Below, in pieces: positions 24,045 to 32,945 of a DNA stretch of 64,000 bases. The stretch is from Candidatus Delongbacteria bacterium (lineage in GTDB: Bacteria > UBA4055), in NCBI GenBank assembly GCA_016937995.1, contig JAFGVM010000024.1:309-64308 (forward strand), in the 5' to 3' direction. The notes under the pieces were generated by a model, which ran no database searches, was not told the origin of the DNA, and was given only the letters and a program-made list of their open reading frames with translations. Each line of letters starts with the position of its first letter. Position 1 is the stretch's first letter. A program made the position numbers and the translations under genes.

Positions 24045-24530
24045 CTAACAATTATCGTTTCCTGACAAATTCTCACTGAATTTTTCTTTGTCCCTTTGCA
24101 ACTTTGATGACCACACTTTATTAAGAAGATTTAGACCATTATATATTGTATCCTGATCTTGTTCATTAACTTCATCAAAGAGATCTTTGCAATAATTTAT
24201 GGTTATCTTTTTTAATTCTTTAACAAATACATTTCCTTTATCGGTCAGAGTAACATTTATTCCTCTTCTGTCATCTGGGGCCATATCTCTGCGCAATAGA
24301 CCTGCTTCTTCCAAAGCAGCAACGATCCTTGTAACTCCACCGGAAGTTATATTCAATCTCTCGGCCAGATCCTTGACAGATATACTTTCTGATTCAAAAT
24401 ACTGCTTCAGACAATTTAATTCAGAGCAAGTAAGATCCATTGATCTTGCAACTTTTTTATCTTTTAATTGACAATAAAGCTTCATTGAGCTTATTATGTT
24501 TGAAATTTCGTTTACCCGACTTTGATTCAT
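24045..24530 (-). CDS. MarR-family regulator heading the Mbx-like operon
   Basis: wHTH segment SVKDLAERLNITSGGVTRIVAALEEAGLLRRDMAPDDRRGINVTLTDKG. Three N-terminal Cys (LYCQL, TCSELNC) are conserved with the paralog at 1-260. Confidence 0.85.
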   Translation of the reverse strand: MNQSRVNEISNIISSMKLYCQLKDKKVARSMDLTCSELNCLKQYFESESISVKDLAERLNITSGGVTRIVAALEEAGLLRRDMAPDDRRGINVTLTDKGNVFVKELKKITINYCKDLFDEVNEQDQDTIYNGLNLLNKVWSSKLQRDKEKFSENLSGNDNC

Positions 24531-24556
24531 TTTAGCACCTTAATTATTTACCAACT

Positions 24557-24585
24557 AATTTATTGATCTGCTCAACAATTGTCAA
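24557..24585 (-). promoter_or_regulatory. Sigma70-type promoter / putative MarR operator of the Mbx-like operon
   Basis: Minus strand reads TTGACA (24585-24580), a 17-nt spacer, then TAAATT (24562-24557). By hand count 23 of 29 positions are identical to 289-317. Confidence 0.55.
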
Positions 24586-24633
24586 GTTTTTATTTTACTT
24601 TTTTTAATTGTTGTTTTGAAAATATTTTCACAC

Positions 24634-24662
24634 TTGTAAAATTCATACTTAAGAATTATATT
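24634..24662 (+). promoter_or_regulatory. Candidate promoter for the sigma54-EBP/lptE pair
   Basis: TTGTAA, 17-nt spacer, TATATT. It lies 42 nt before the ATG at 24705. Confidence 0.35.
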
Positions 24663-24704
24663 ACATACCTTACTTATCGCGACAATTAAAATTAGAGAAA
24701 CAAC

Positions 24705-25859
24705 ATGGCTCACGATTCATCGAATACAGATTTTGGTAAAAATTTCAATGATCTTGATATAATCGGAAAATCCGAACGTATTAACGAGGTTGTAACTATA
24801 GTGAAAACTATAGCACCAACTGATATTTCTGTACTCATTACAGGTGAAAGTGGAACAGGTAAAGAAGTTTTTGCTAACTTGATCCATAAATTAAGTCCCA
24901 GAAAAAATGAAAAATTCATCCCTATCAACTGTGGAGCCATACCGGAGGGATTAATTGAAAGTGAACTTTTCGGTCATGAAAAAGGATCTTTTACAAGTGC
25001 ATCGGATAAAAGAAAAGGTTATTTTGAGTCTGCTGACAAAGGAACGATCTTTCTTGATGAGATAAGTGAGCTCCCTCTTGCAAGTCAGGTCAAACTTCTA
25101 CGTGTTCTGGAGAATGGTTCCTTTATGCGTGTTGGAGGTTCAACGAACATCAATGTTAATGTAAGGATCGTAGCAGCTTCAAACAAAGTTCTTGCCAGAA
25201 TGGTGGAAAAAGGTACTTTTAGAGAAGACCTTTATTTCCGTTTAAAAGCTGTTTCGATCGAATTACCTCCATTGAGAGAAAGACTTGAGGATATACCGTT
25301 ATTTGTAAGTATTTTTTCAAAATTCTCTGCAGAAAAGCACAACCGTAATCAACTTATTTTCGAAATGGATGCTATATCAGAACTTGTAAACCATCCCTGG
25401 AAAGGTAATATCAGAGAATTGAAAAATTTTGTTGATATGCTCACTGTAATGGAAACAATGAAAGTAATAAACGGTGATACTATTAGAAAATATTTCAAAG
25501 GTAGGCCGAACTCTTCAAATCTTCCCGTAAAGCTTAATAAATTTGGTGAAGAGAATGAGAGAGAACTTATTTTCAGAACTTTGCTGGAAATCAAGAACGA
25601 TCTCAACCAGATCAAAAGGTATATTTTAAAATCAGGTAAAAAAGAAATCATTTCTGACTATTCATATGAAGATGAACTTAATGGTTATTCAGATGATAAT
25701 GTTATTATAACTCCCTACGAACATGGAGACAGTGAGAAAGAGGAAATTATCTCACTTCTGAAAAAATATCGTGGCAACAGAAGAAAGACTGCTGAAGAGA
25801 TGAATATATCTGAAAGAACACTTTACCGTAAGATCACTAAACACGGGATCACTTTATGA
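24705..25859 (+). CDS. Sigma-54-dependent transcriptional activator (AAA+ plus Fis-type HTH, no N-terminal sensor domain)
   Basis: GESGTGKE Walker A. ESELFGHEKGSFTSA, where the GAFTGA loop reads GSFTSA. FLDEI Walker B. The C-terminal HTH is RRKTAEEMNISERTLYRKI. Confidence 0.85.
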   Translation: MAHDSSNTDFGKNFNDLDIIGKSERINEVVTIVKTIAPTDISVLITGESGTGKEVFANLIHKLSPRKNEKFIPINCGAIPEGLIESELFGHEKGSFTSASDKRKGYFESADKGTIFLDEISELPLASQVKLLRVLENGSFMRVGGSTNINVNVRIVAASNKVLARMVEKGTFREDLYFRLKAVSIELPPLRERLEDIPLFVSIFSKFSAEKHNRNQLIFEMDAISELVNHPWKGNIRELKNFVDMLTVMETMKVINGDTIRKYFKGRPNSSNLPVKLNKFGEENERELIFRTLLEIKNDLNQIKRYILKSGKKEIISDYSYEDELNGYSDDNVIITPYEHGDSEKEEIISLLKKYRGNRRKTAEEMNISERTLYRKITKHGITL

Positions 25860-26356
25860 GATCTGTAATTCCAGTAATAATTTTCATGATCTTTCTTCAA
25901 TCGTGCACATACTATTCTTTCACGGGTAAAAGTATTCCGCCTCATGTAAAAACCGTTCAAGTTCTTCTTTTTGATGATAATACAAGCAGGTATGATCTAT
26001 CACTCCCACAGGTCATCAATGAAAAAATACTTTACTACATAGATGATTACAGATTAATGGACATCGATGATTCTAAAGATGCTGACTCTAAGGTTTTTGG
26101 TACTATTCAATTATTCGATGAATCAATAGCATCCCAGACAGATGATGAGGTTGCTCAACAAAGATCTTTGAGAATAAGGTTGTCAATAAGCTTTTATGAT
26201 AATATCAAAGAGGAATTTATTGTAAAGGACTATTCAGTAACACATACAGAGAATTATGACGAAAATGGTGGAGATACTGCAAGAGAAGAAGCATTTCAAG
26301 AGCTAATCGAGAGAATTGGAGAGAACTCAGTAATTGCACTCAGTTCGAATTGGTAG
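25856..26356 (+). CDS. lptE: LptE-like LPS-assembly lipoprotein
   Basis: Lipobox FLQSC followed by TYYSFTGKSIPPHVKTVQV, as in FCB-group LptE. There is a 4-nt overlap with the EBP gene. Confidence 0.6.
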   Translation: MRSVIPVIIFMIFLQSCTYYSFTGKSIPPHVKTVQVLLFDDNTSRYDLSLPQVINEKILYYIDDYRLMDIDDSKDADSKVFGTIQLFDESIASQTDDEVAQQRSLRIRLSISFYDNIKEEFIVKDYSVTHTENYDENGGDTAREEAFQELIERIGENSVIALSSNW

Positions 26357-26359
26357 TCA

Positions 26360-26545
26360 TCTGTCACGATGGCATAAGTATTATCACCCTGAATTTATTT
26401 CAGGGTCTAAACGATTTAAAAGATAGATACTGTCCCGATGTATCGGGATCAGCATGTCAGAACAGTAAATCCAACTGTCATCCTCGTGCTTGACACGGGG
26501 ATCCACTTTTTTATGGATATCCGGATCTAGTCCGAATATGACAAA
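26360..26545. repeat. Array of four hairpin elements, including a 68-nt composite palindrome
   Basis: Hairpins at 26386-26406, 26433-26448 and 26476-26504, plus an inverted partner at 26515-26543. Confidence 0.75.
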
Positions 26546-26574
26546 CATTAACTACATCACAAAGGAGTCAAACC

Positions 26575-27057
26575 ATGCATACAGAAATTGTTAAATTAGA
26601 TTTCCCTGAAGATGCAAACATCATCCTGGGCCAATCACATTTTATTAAAACTGTCGAAGATATTTATGAAGCTATGGTAAATACAGTACCAAATATAAAG
26701 TTCGGTGTTGCTTTCTGTGAAGCTTCAGGTGAATGTCTGGTCAGATATCACGGAAATGATGAAGAACTTACAAAGATAGCTACAGATAATGCTTATAAAA
26801 TTTCAGCCGGTCACAGTTTCATAATTGTTATGAGAGATGGTTTCCCGATAAATGTTTTAGGTAGGATCAAAGATGTACCTGAGGTATGCAGGATATTCTG
26901 TGCAACTGCTAATCCAACCGAAGTGATAATTGCTTCTACTCATCAAGGTCGTGGAATTATGGGAGTTATTGACGGTTTTGCACCAAAGGGTATTGAAAAG
27001 GAAGATGGGAAAAAATGGCGAAAAGATTTTTTGAGAACTATCGGGTATAAATTATAG
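26575..27057 (+). CDS. Adenosine-specific kinase family protein (PF04008-like)
   Basis: Contains [44 protein letters not shown]. Confidence 0.65.
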   Translation: MHTEIVKLDFPEDANIILGQSHFIKTVEDIYEAMVNTVPNIKFGVAFCEASGECLVRYHGNDEELTKIATDNAYKISAGHSFIIVMRDGFPINVLGRIKDVPEVCRIFCATANPTEVIIASTHQGRGIMGVIDGFAPKGIEKEDGKKWRKDFLRTIGYKL

Positions 27058-27088
27058 TTGTGGGTTATGGATCTTTGGTTGTGAGTTT

Positions 27089-27114
27089 AGGTTGCATTAA
27101 TGCAACCTTTTTTT
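27089..27114. terminator. Bidirectional terminator
   Basis: AGGTTGCAT-ta-ATGCAACCT followed by TTTTTT. It lies between convergent genes. Confidence 0.75.
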
Positions 27115-27115
27115 A

Positions 27116-28072
27116 TTAAAAAATCGCTTTAGCTATCTTTTTAATATTCCGACTCATCCCCAAAGTATAATAATGCAACCCCGGAACACCAGCCTCAGCC
27201 AATTCCTTCGACTGCATAATAGCCCATTCAACTCCTACGACTCTGGCTTCTTTATTCGTCTTGCACTTCTTTACCTCAGAAACAAGTTCTTCAGGTAGAT
27301 GTATCTTAAAAGTAGGTTCAAGTAAATTAATATCATTTATAGCTGAAATAGGCTTAATGCCAGGTATAATAGGAACAGTGATCCCGATATCTCTGCAGGC
27401 TTTTACAAAATTGAAATAATCTTTATTATCAAAGAACATCTGAGTTACAATATAATCAGCACCTTTCTCAACTTTCATTTTAAGAAATTCAAGATCAGAT
27501 TGCATATCCAAAGCTTCTTTATGTATCTCAGGGTAACCCGCAACACCGATGCAGAAATCAGTTTTGATCATATCAAATATTTCTTTTGTGAGATATTCAC
27601 CATTATTCATCTTAACGATCTGCTCAACAAGCTCACTTGCGTTTGAATAACCATTTTTCTCAGGTATAAACTCAGCACTTCTTTTTGAATCACCTCTCAA
27701 TGCAAGTATGTTTTTTACTCCGAGAAAATTGAGATCGATTAAAGTATCTTCAGTTTCATCCTTATTAGTTCCGCCGCAGATCAAATGAGAAACGACAGGG
27801 ATTGTATATTTGTTCTGTATAGCTGCAGCTATAGCTACAGTCCCCGGTCTTTTTCTTATCAGTTTATTTATGACCGAACCGTCATTTTGTGTGACCTGCA
27901 TTATTTCTGCCTGATGGTAAGTAATGTTTATATAAGCAGGGTTAAATTCTATGAGAGGATCAATTGAATTATAAAGTTTCTCAATACTATGACCTTTCAC
28001 AGGAGGCAATAACTCAAATGTAAATAACGGTTTTCCGGAATTATTATTATTTATTAGATCGATCACTTTCAT
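27116..28072 (-). CDS. metF: Methylenetetrahydrofolate reductase
   Basis: Contains FTFELLPPVKGHS...HLICGG...ILALRGD...GVAGYPE...DYIVTQMFFD. Confidence 0.9.
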   Translation of the reverse strand: MKVIDLINNNNSGKPLFTFELLPPVKGHSIEKLYNSIDPLIEFNPAYINITYHQAEIMQVTQNDGSVINKLIRKRPGTVAIAAAIQNKYTIPVVSHLICGGTNKDETEDTLIDLNFLGVKNILALRGDSKRSAEFIPEKNGYSNASELVEQIVKMNNGEYLTKEIFDMIKTDFCIGVAGYPEIHKEALDMQSDLEFLKMKVEKGADYIVTQMFFDNKDYFNFVKACRDIGITVPIIPGIKPISAINDINLLEPTFKIHLPEELVSEVKKCKTNKEARVVGVEWAIMQSKELAEAGVPGLHYYTLGMSRNIKKIAKAIF

Positions 28073-28091
28073 TTTAATGCCTTGTTTTTCT

Positions 28092-28160
28092 TGTCATTGC
28101 GAGGATATTTAATCCGTGGCAATCTTTTTTTAAAAGAGGGGACGACTTGAAGGCGTCCCC
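28092..28160. repeat. Two hairpin elements in the metH-metF spacer
   Basis: TGTCATTGCGA-[GGATatttaATCC]-GTGGCAATC (28092-28124) and GGGGACG-acttgaagg-CGTCCCC (28138-28160, followed by TAC). Confidence 0.75.
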
Positions 28161-28193
28161 TACATTTTTAATTATTCATTATCAATTATTAAT

Positions 28194-31100
28194 TTATTTT
28201 CCCCTTACGGTAAAATATTTTGCTTCTTTATTTGCAAGGTACAATCCACATACAGACGAAACCGGATCCATTGCGTAATTTTCTGTCAATGTCACACCTA
28301 AATTCTCTGTTACACCTAAGAGATCAAATATTTTTCGCTTTTCACTATGGTCTGGACAACTTGGATAACCGTAAGCGGGACGAATTCCCTGCTCTTTATT
28401 TGGGGAATATCCCCATATCTCTGTTCTTATCTTTGTAAAAAGCAACTCTGAGAATGCTTCAACTAATCTATCTGCCAATGTTTGAAGCAATAGTGCTTTG
28501 TAGTTGTCGTTATCAGCCTTAAATTTATTTATCCATTTATCTAAACCTAAGCCCGTAGTGATAACAAATGCACCTATGTAATCTTTTTTATTTGCATCTA
28601 CTGGTGCAACAAAGTCAGATAAGCATAAATTCGGTTTGTCAACCAGAAACTGCTGATCCCTTTGATTGCTCAACACTGTTATAACCTTATCTCTATTCTC
28701 ATCTTTGAATATTTTAATATCATCTTCATCTGAGTTTGCAGGAAACAACCCGTAAACTGCATCTGCTGTTATCATATTATTTTCAATTATTTCAGAGAAC
28801 ATTTTATTTGCATCATTGATCAGTTTTGCAGCCTCTTCCCACTTAGCCGGGTCCTGTAGTATTTCAGGATATTTTCCATTTAATTCCCAGGCATGCAGAA
28901 ACTGAGTCCAGTTGATATGTTCTGAAATTTCTTTCAGATCATAATTTCTATGTATTTCAATTCCTAGTGGAGGTGTTTTTATTGAAAAATCATCCCAATT
29001 TATCTTAAATCTGTTATCTCTTGCTTCTGAGATAGTAATATATTTCTTATCCTGTTTTGAAAAGTAGTTTTCTCTGATATGTTTGTATTTGACCGCAAGA
29101 TCCTGAATATACTTATCTCTGTTAAAAGACATCAGTTCATTTACAACATTCACTGCCTGTGTTGCATCTCTAACATAGACTACAGGAGCATCATAAAGTG
29201 GATCGATCTTGATTGCTGTATGTATCTGAGAAGTTGCAGCACCACCTATCATCAAAGGTATATTTAAATTTGCTCTTTGTAATTCTGAAGCAAGGTGTGA
29301 CATCTCATTTAGAGATGGTGATATTAATCCGCTTAAACCGATAACATCCGGTTGTTCTCTGACAGCAGATTCGATTATCTTATCAGAAGTGACCATCACT
29401 CCAAGATCAATAATTTCATAGTTGTTACAAGAGAGCACAACTCCTACTATATTCTTCCCAATATCGTGAACATCTCCTTTCACAGTTGCCATTAATATCT
29501 TACCTGAAGTACTTGACTCCTTTGTTGATGATCTTTCAAGCTCGATCAAAGGAGTTAAATAAGCAACAGCTTTCTTCATAACTCTTGCACTTTTAATTAC
29601 TTGTGGAAGGAACATCTTCCCTGTCCTGAACAGATCTCCGACCTTGTTCATACCATCCATCAAAGGTCCTTCTATGACAGCATTGGAATCATTTAAACTG
29701 TTATATATTTCGTCAAGATCCTCCTCAATATGCTCAGTTATTCCACTTACCACTGAGTGAGCTATTCTATCATTAACTGTAAATGATCTCCATTCTTTTA
29801 TCTTTTCCTCAGCAGAAGCAGCTATGTCAATATTATTGGCATAAGATACAAGCCTTTCAGTAGCATCTTTTCGTTTATTGAGGACAACATCTTCAACCAG
29901 ATTTAAAAATTCTACAGGGATATCATCGTAAATAGTGAGAGACTCAGGATTTACGATTCCCATATCAAGACCTGCCTTTATGGCATGATGAAGAAATACT
30001 GAGTGCATCGCTTCCCTGACAACGTTATTTCCTCTAAAAGAGAAAGATAGGTTACTGACCCCGCCACTTACTTTTGAATAAGGAAGATTTTCTTTTATCC
30101 ATTTAGTGGCTTCAATGAAATTCACAGCATAATTATTATGTTCTTCCATACCTGTTGCTATTGAAAGTATATTCGGATCAAAAATTATATTTTCAGGTGG
30201 GAATTTTATCTTTTCTGTTAGTAGTTTATATGAACGTTCCGCAATTTTAATTTTTCTTTCATAACTGGCAGCCTGCCCATTTTCATCAAAGAGCATAACA
30301 ACTATTGCCGCACCGTAGTTATGGATCTTTTTTGCTCTATCCAAAAATACCTTCTCTCCTTCTTTCAGGCTGATGGAGTTTACTATAGACCTACCCTGAA
30401 CACATTTTAATCCTGCTTCGATCACTGACCACTCGGAAGAATCTATCATTACCGGAAGTCTGGACACTTCATGTTCAGTAGCTAAAAGATTTAGAAACTC
30501 TATCATTTTAGTCTCGGAATCAAGCATTGCATCATCCATGCAGATATCAATGACCTGTGCCCCGCCTTCGACCTGATCCCTGGCTACTGAAATGGCTTTT
30601 TCATAATTCCCTTTGGTGATCAATTTGAGAAATTTCTTAGATCCTGCAACGTTCGTTCTCTCCCCGATATTAACAAAATTACTTTCATGAGTAACATTCT
30701 GTGTCTCAAGACCGCAATATCTGCTTATTCTATTTTGTTGAGGGATCTTTCGCGGTTTATATTTTTTTGCTACGGATGCTATCTCTTTGATATGCTCCGG
30801 TCTTGTTCCACAACATCCACCGATTATGTTAACAAATTCATTCTGCATATAGTCTTCGGCAATAGCAGCCATTTCTTTACCGCTTTGGCTGTAATTACCA
30901 AGCTGATCAGGAAATCCTGCGTTAGGGTGAGCGCTAACATAACATTTGGCTATCTTTGACAATTCTTCAACATAAGTTCTAAGCTCTTTGGCACCGGTCG
31001 AGCAGTTCAGGCCAATGCTGAATAGATTTGCATGTTCAAGTGAATAATAAAATGCATCCAGAGTCTGACCTGCCAGTGTTCTACCTTCTGTCAGAGTACC

Positions 31101-31748
31101 TGATACCATTATGGGTAATTCAATATTTTTCTCTGTAAAAATATCAGTAATGACACTTAAGACCGCTTTTGCATTAAGTGTATCAAAAACAGTTTCAACA
31201 AGCAGAACATCAACACCTCCATCGATCAGTCCCTTTAACTGATCAGAGTATGCTTCCTTCACATCATCGAAAGTAAGATCCCTTTTTATCGGATCATCAC
31301 TTCCGGTCGCGATTGATAATGATTTACTTGAAGGTCCAACCGATCCTGCGACAAATTTACTTTCTCCGGGATTATCTTTGAGATAATTTTCAACAGATCT
31401 CCTTGCCAATAGAGCAGACTCGTAGTTTATTCTATAACACTGATCCTCTACCTTATATTCAAGCAAAGATATCTTATTGGAATTAAAAGAATTTGTTTCA
31501 ATAATATCAGCACCCGCTGACAAATATTTACTGTGGATCTCACAGATTATTGCTGGCTGAGTGATACTTAAAAGATCATTATTCCCTTTCTGATCTATTG
31601 GGACATCTGAAAATTCATCTCCACGAAAGTCTGGTTCTGTTAATTTATAAGATTGGATCATTGTTCCCATAGCTCCATCAAGAACAAGGATCCTTTTCTG
31701 TATTTCATCCCTAATATTCATAGACACTGATCTTTTTCGTGACATCAT
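28194..31748 (-). CDS. metH: Cobalamin-dependent methionine synthase (full length)
   Basis: [14 protein letters not shown] (Hcy domain), a pterin-binding domain, [12 protein letters not shown] (B12 domain) and a C-terminal AdoMet-activation domain. The start is uncertain (31748 or 31721). Either choice overlaps the upstream gene. Confidence 0.9.
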   Translation of the reverse strand: MMSRKRSVSMNIRDEIQKRILVLDGAMGTMIQSYKLTEPDFRGDEFSDVPIDQKGNNDLLSITQPAIICEIHSKYLSAGADIIETNSFNSNKISLLEYKVEDQCYRINYESALLARRSVENYLKDNPGESKFVAGSVGPSSKSLSIATGSDDPIKRDLTFDDVKEAYSDQLKGLIDGGVDVLLVETVFDTLNAKAVLSVITDIFTEKNIELPIMVSGTLTEGRTLAGQTLDAFYYSLEHANLFSIGLNCSTGAKELRTYVEELSKIAKCYVSAHPNAGFPDQLGNYSQSGKEMAAIAEDYMQNEFVNIIGGCCGTRPEHIKEIASVAKKYKPRKIPQQNRISRYCGLETQNVTHESNFVNIGERTNVAGSKKFLKLITKGNYEKAISVARDQVEGGAQVIDICMDDAMLDSETKMIEFLNLLATEHEVSRLPVMIDSSEWSVIEAGLKCVQGRSIVNSISLKEGEKVFLDRAKKIHNYGAAIVVMLFDENGQAASYERKIKIAERSYKLLTEKIKFPPENIIFDPNILSIATGMEEHNNYAVNFIEATKWIKENLPYSKVSGGVSNLSFSFRGNNVVREAMHSVFLHHAIKAGLDMGIVNPESLTIYDDIPVEFLNLVEDVVLNKRKDATERLVSYANNIDIAASAEEKIKEWRSFTVNDRIAHSVVSGITEHIEEDLDEIYNSLNDSNAVIEGPLMDGMNKVGDLFRTGKMFLPQVIKSARVMKKAVAYLTPLIELERSSTKESSTSGKILMATVKGDVHDIGKNIVGVVLSCNNYEIIDLGVMVTSDKIIESAVREQPDVIGLSGLISPSLNEMSHLASELQRANLNIPLMIGGAATSQIHTAIKIDPLYDAPVVYVRDATQAVNVVNELMSFNRDKYIQDLAVKYKHIRENYFSKQDKKYITISEARDNRFKINWDDFSIKTPPLGIEIHRNYDLKEISEHINWTQFLHAWELNGKYPEILQDPAKWEEAAKLINDANKMFSEIIENNMITADAVYGLFPANSDEDDIKIFKDENRDKVITVLSNQRDQQFLVDKPNLCLSDFVAPVDANKKDYIGAFVITTGLGLDKWINKFKADNDNYKALLLQTLADRLVEAFSELLFTKIRTEIWGYSPNKEQGIRPAYGYPSCPDHSEKRKIFDLLGVTENLGVTLTENYAMDPVSSVCGLYLANKEAKYFTVRGK

Positions 31749-32865
31749 TGGTTACATAAAGCCTATTTCCAGAAAGCAGGAATGACTCATCCCGTCCTAC
31801 AACATCAAGAATAATTCTGTTCAGAAAGACTCCATCTTTAAAAAGATCAACATAATGAGTAGTTTCATTTTCCGCAGTTCTATTCAGAGAAGGGAGTGCC
31901 CATATACGGTCATATTTATCAACATAAATCATATTTACAGCTTTTTTATAATATGTTTTTGTAGTGTCAACAGGTGAACCACCGATTCTCGATATAAATT
32001 CGTTCATTTGCCCGACTTCATAAGAATTATAAGGTAATTTTTCATATTCCTTTTCGATGACATACTGCATATTACCTCTCGAATTTTTCACTTCTATTGA
32101 ATAACTGTCACTCTCATTATTTGCAATGTAGAAATTTCCATCTTTCTGAAAATAAGTCGTGAACATATCCGGAATGAAAAAATCAGGGTCTTCAATTGCA
32201 TATTTGATCTCTTTTATCACTTTTGTAACTTTAAATCTGTCGGATAATATGCATATATCGTTGTTCATATATCTTAAACTGTCGCTTTTATCTACATACT
32301 TAACTGATTGAAATGAAGCTAGATTTGTTTTCCCGTCAGATGTCATATATTGAGGAGTATTCGTACTCATCAGTATTTGAGCACTTATATATGTTCCATT
32401 AGTTAGATAACGGATAAACCTTCTGGGATTTTCATCATAAACGACCAAAGTATCATACATCAGGGCCATTTCAGTAGGATTAAAAAAATGTTCAACGTTC
32501 TTTCCTTTATTACCGATCAATTTATCAAATTTGCCAGAGTTATTATACTTCTTTATAACCGCTTTCTCTTTATCCAGAACATATATGTTCTCATTGTAGT
32601 CTGTTATGATCTTAGTTACAGCTTCAAAGCCTGAGCTTGAATCCGGTAAGCTTGGATCAGTACCGTCTATTTCGAACAGTTTAACAGGATCAATATTTAC
32701 CACTTCGGTTCCTTTGGCTTTGTTGTAATAATGTTTTACACCGTTGATTTCTTTAACAGTGTAATTAGGTTCAACAGAACATGACAAAACTAGCAATAAA
32801 GCTATAGCAGAAAAAATTATCAATAGGTTCTTATACATGATCCAACTCCTTTTAATTTTGTTCAA
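31711..32865 (-). CDS. Beta-propeller lipoprotein (6-bladed/NHL-like family, hypothetical)
   Basis: Lipobox LLLVLSCS. It is a distant paralog of 47006-48172. An alternative start is at 32838. Confidence 0.6.
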   Translation of the reverse strand: MNKIKRSWIMYKNLLIIFSAIALLLVLSCSVEPNYTVKEINGVKHYYNKAKGTEVVNIDPVKLFEIDGTDPSLPDSSSGFEAVTKIITDYNENIYVLDKEKAVIKKYNNSGKFDKLIGNKGKNVEHFFNPTEMALMYDTLVVYDENPRRFIRYLTNGTYISAQILMSTNTPQYMTSDGKTNLASFQSVKYVDKSDSLRYMNNDICILSDRFKVTKVIKEIKYAIEDPDFFIPDMFTTYFQKDGNFYIANNESDSYSIEVKNSRGNMQYVIEKEYEKLPYNSYEVGQMNEFISRIGGSPVDTTKTYYKKAVNMIYVDKYDRIWALPSLNRTAENETTHYVDLFKDGVFLNRIILDVVGRDESFLLSGNRLYVTNDVTKKISVYEY

Positions 32866-32945
32866 ATATATTCAAACTTGCCGATTTTTTCAAGTAAACA
32901 ATTATTTAAAGGGTAATACAAGATATTCGGGAAATGGTACAGATC

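Noticed and set aside
23939-24076. N-terminal 46-codon extension of the MrpE ORF
   Set aside because: The extension translates through the TGTCATTGCGA.../GCAACGTCTCTAC repeat elements and overlaps the MarR 3' end. An internal ATG at 23938 has a GAGGT RBS and gives a normal-length MrpE.
23968-28124. TGGCAA-containing repeat flanks (GTGGCAATC) as sigma-54 -24 elements
   Set aside because: No TTGC -12 element lies at the correct spacing. The word is part of the repeat-element flank and occurs in both orientations.
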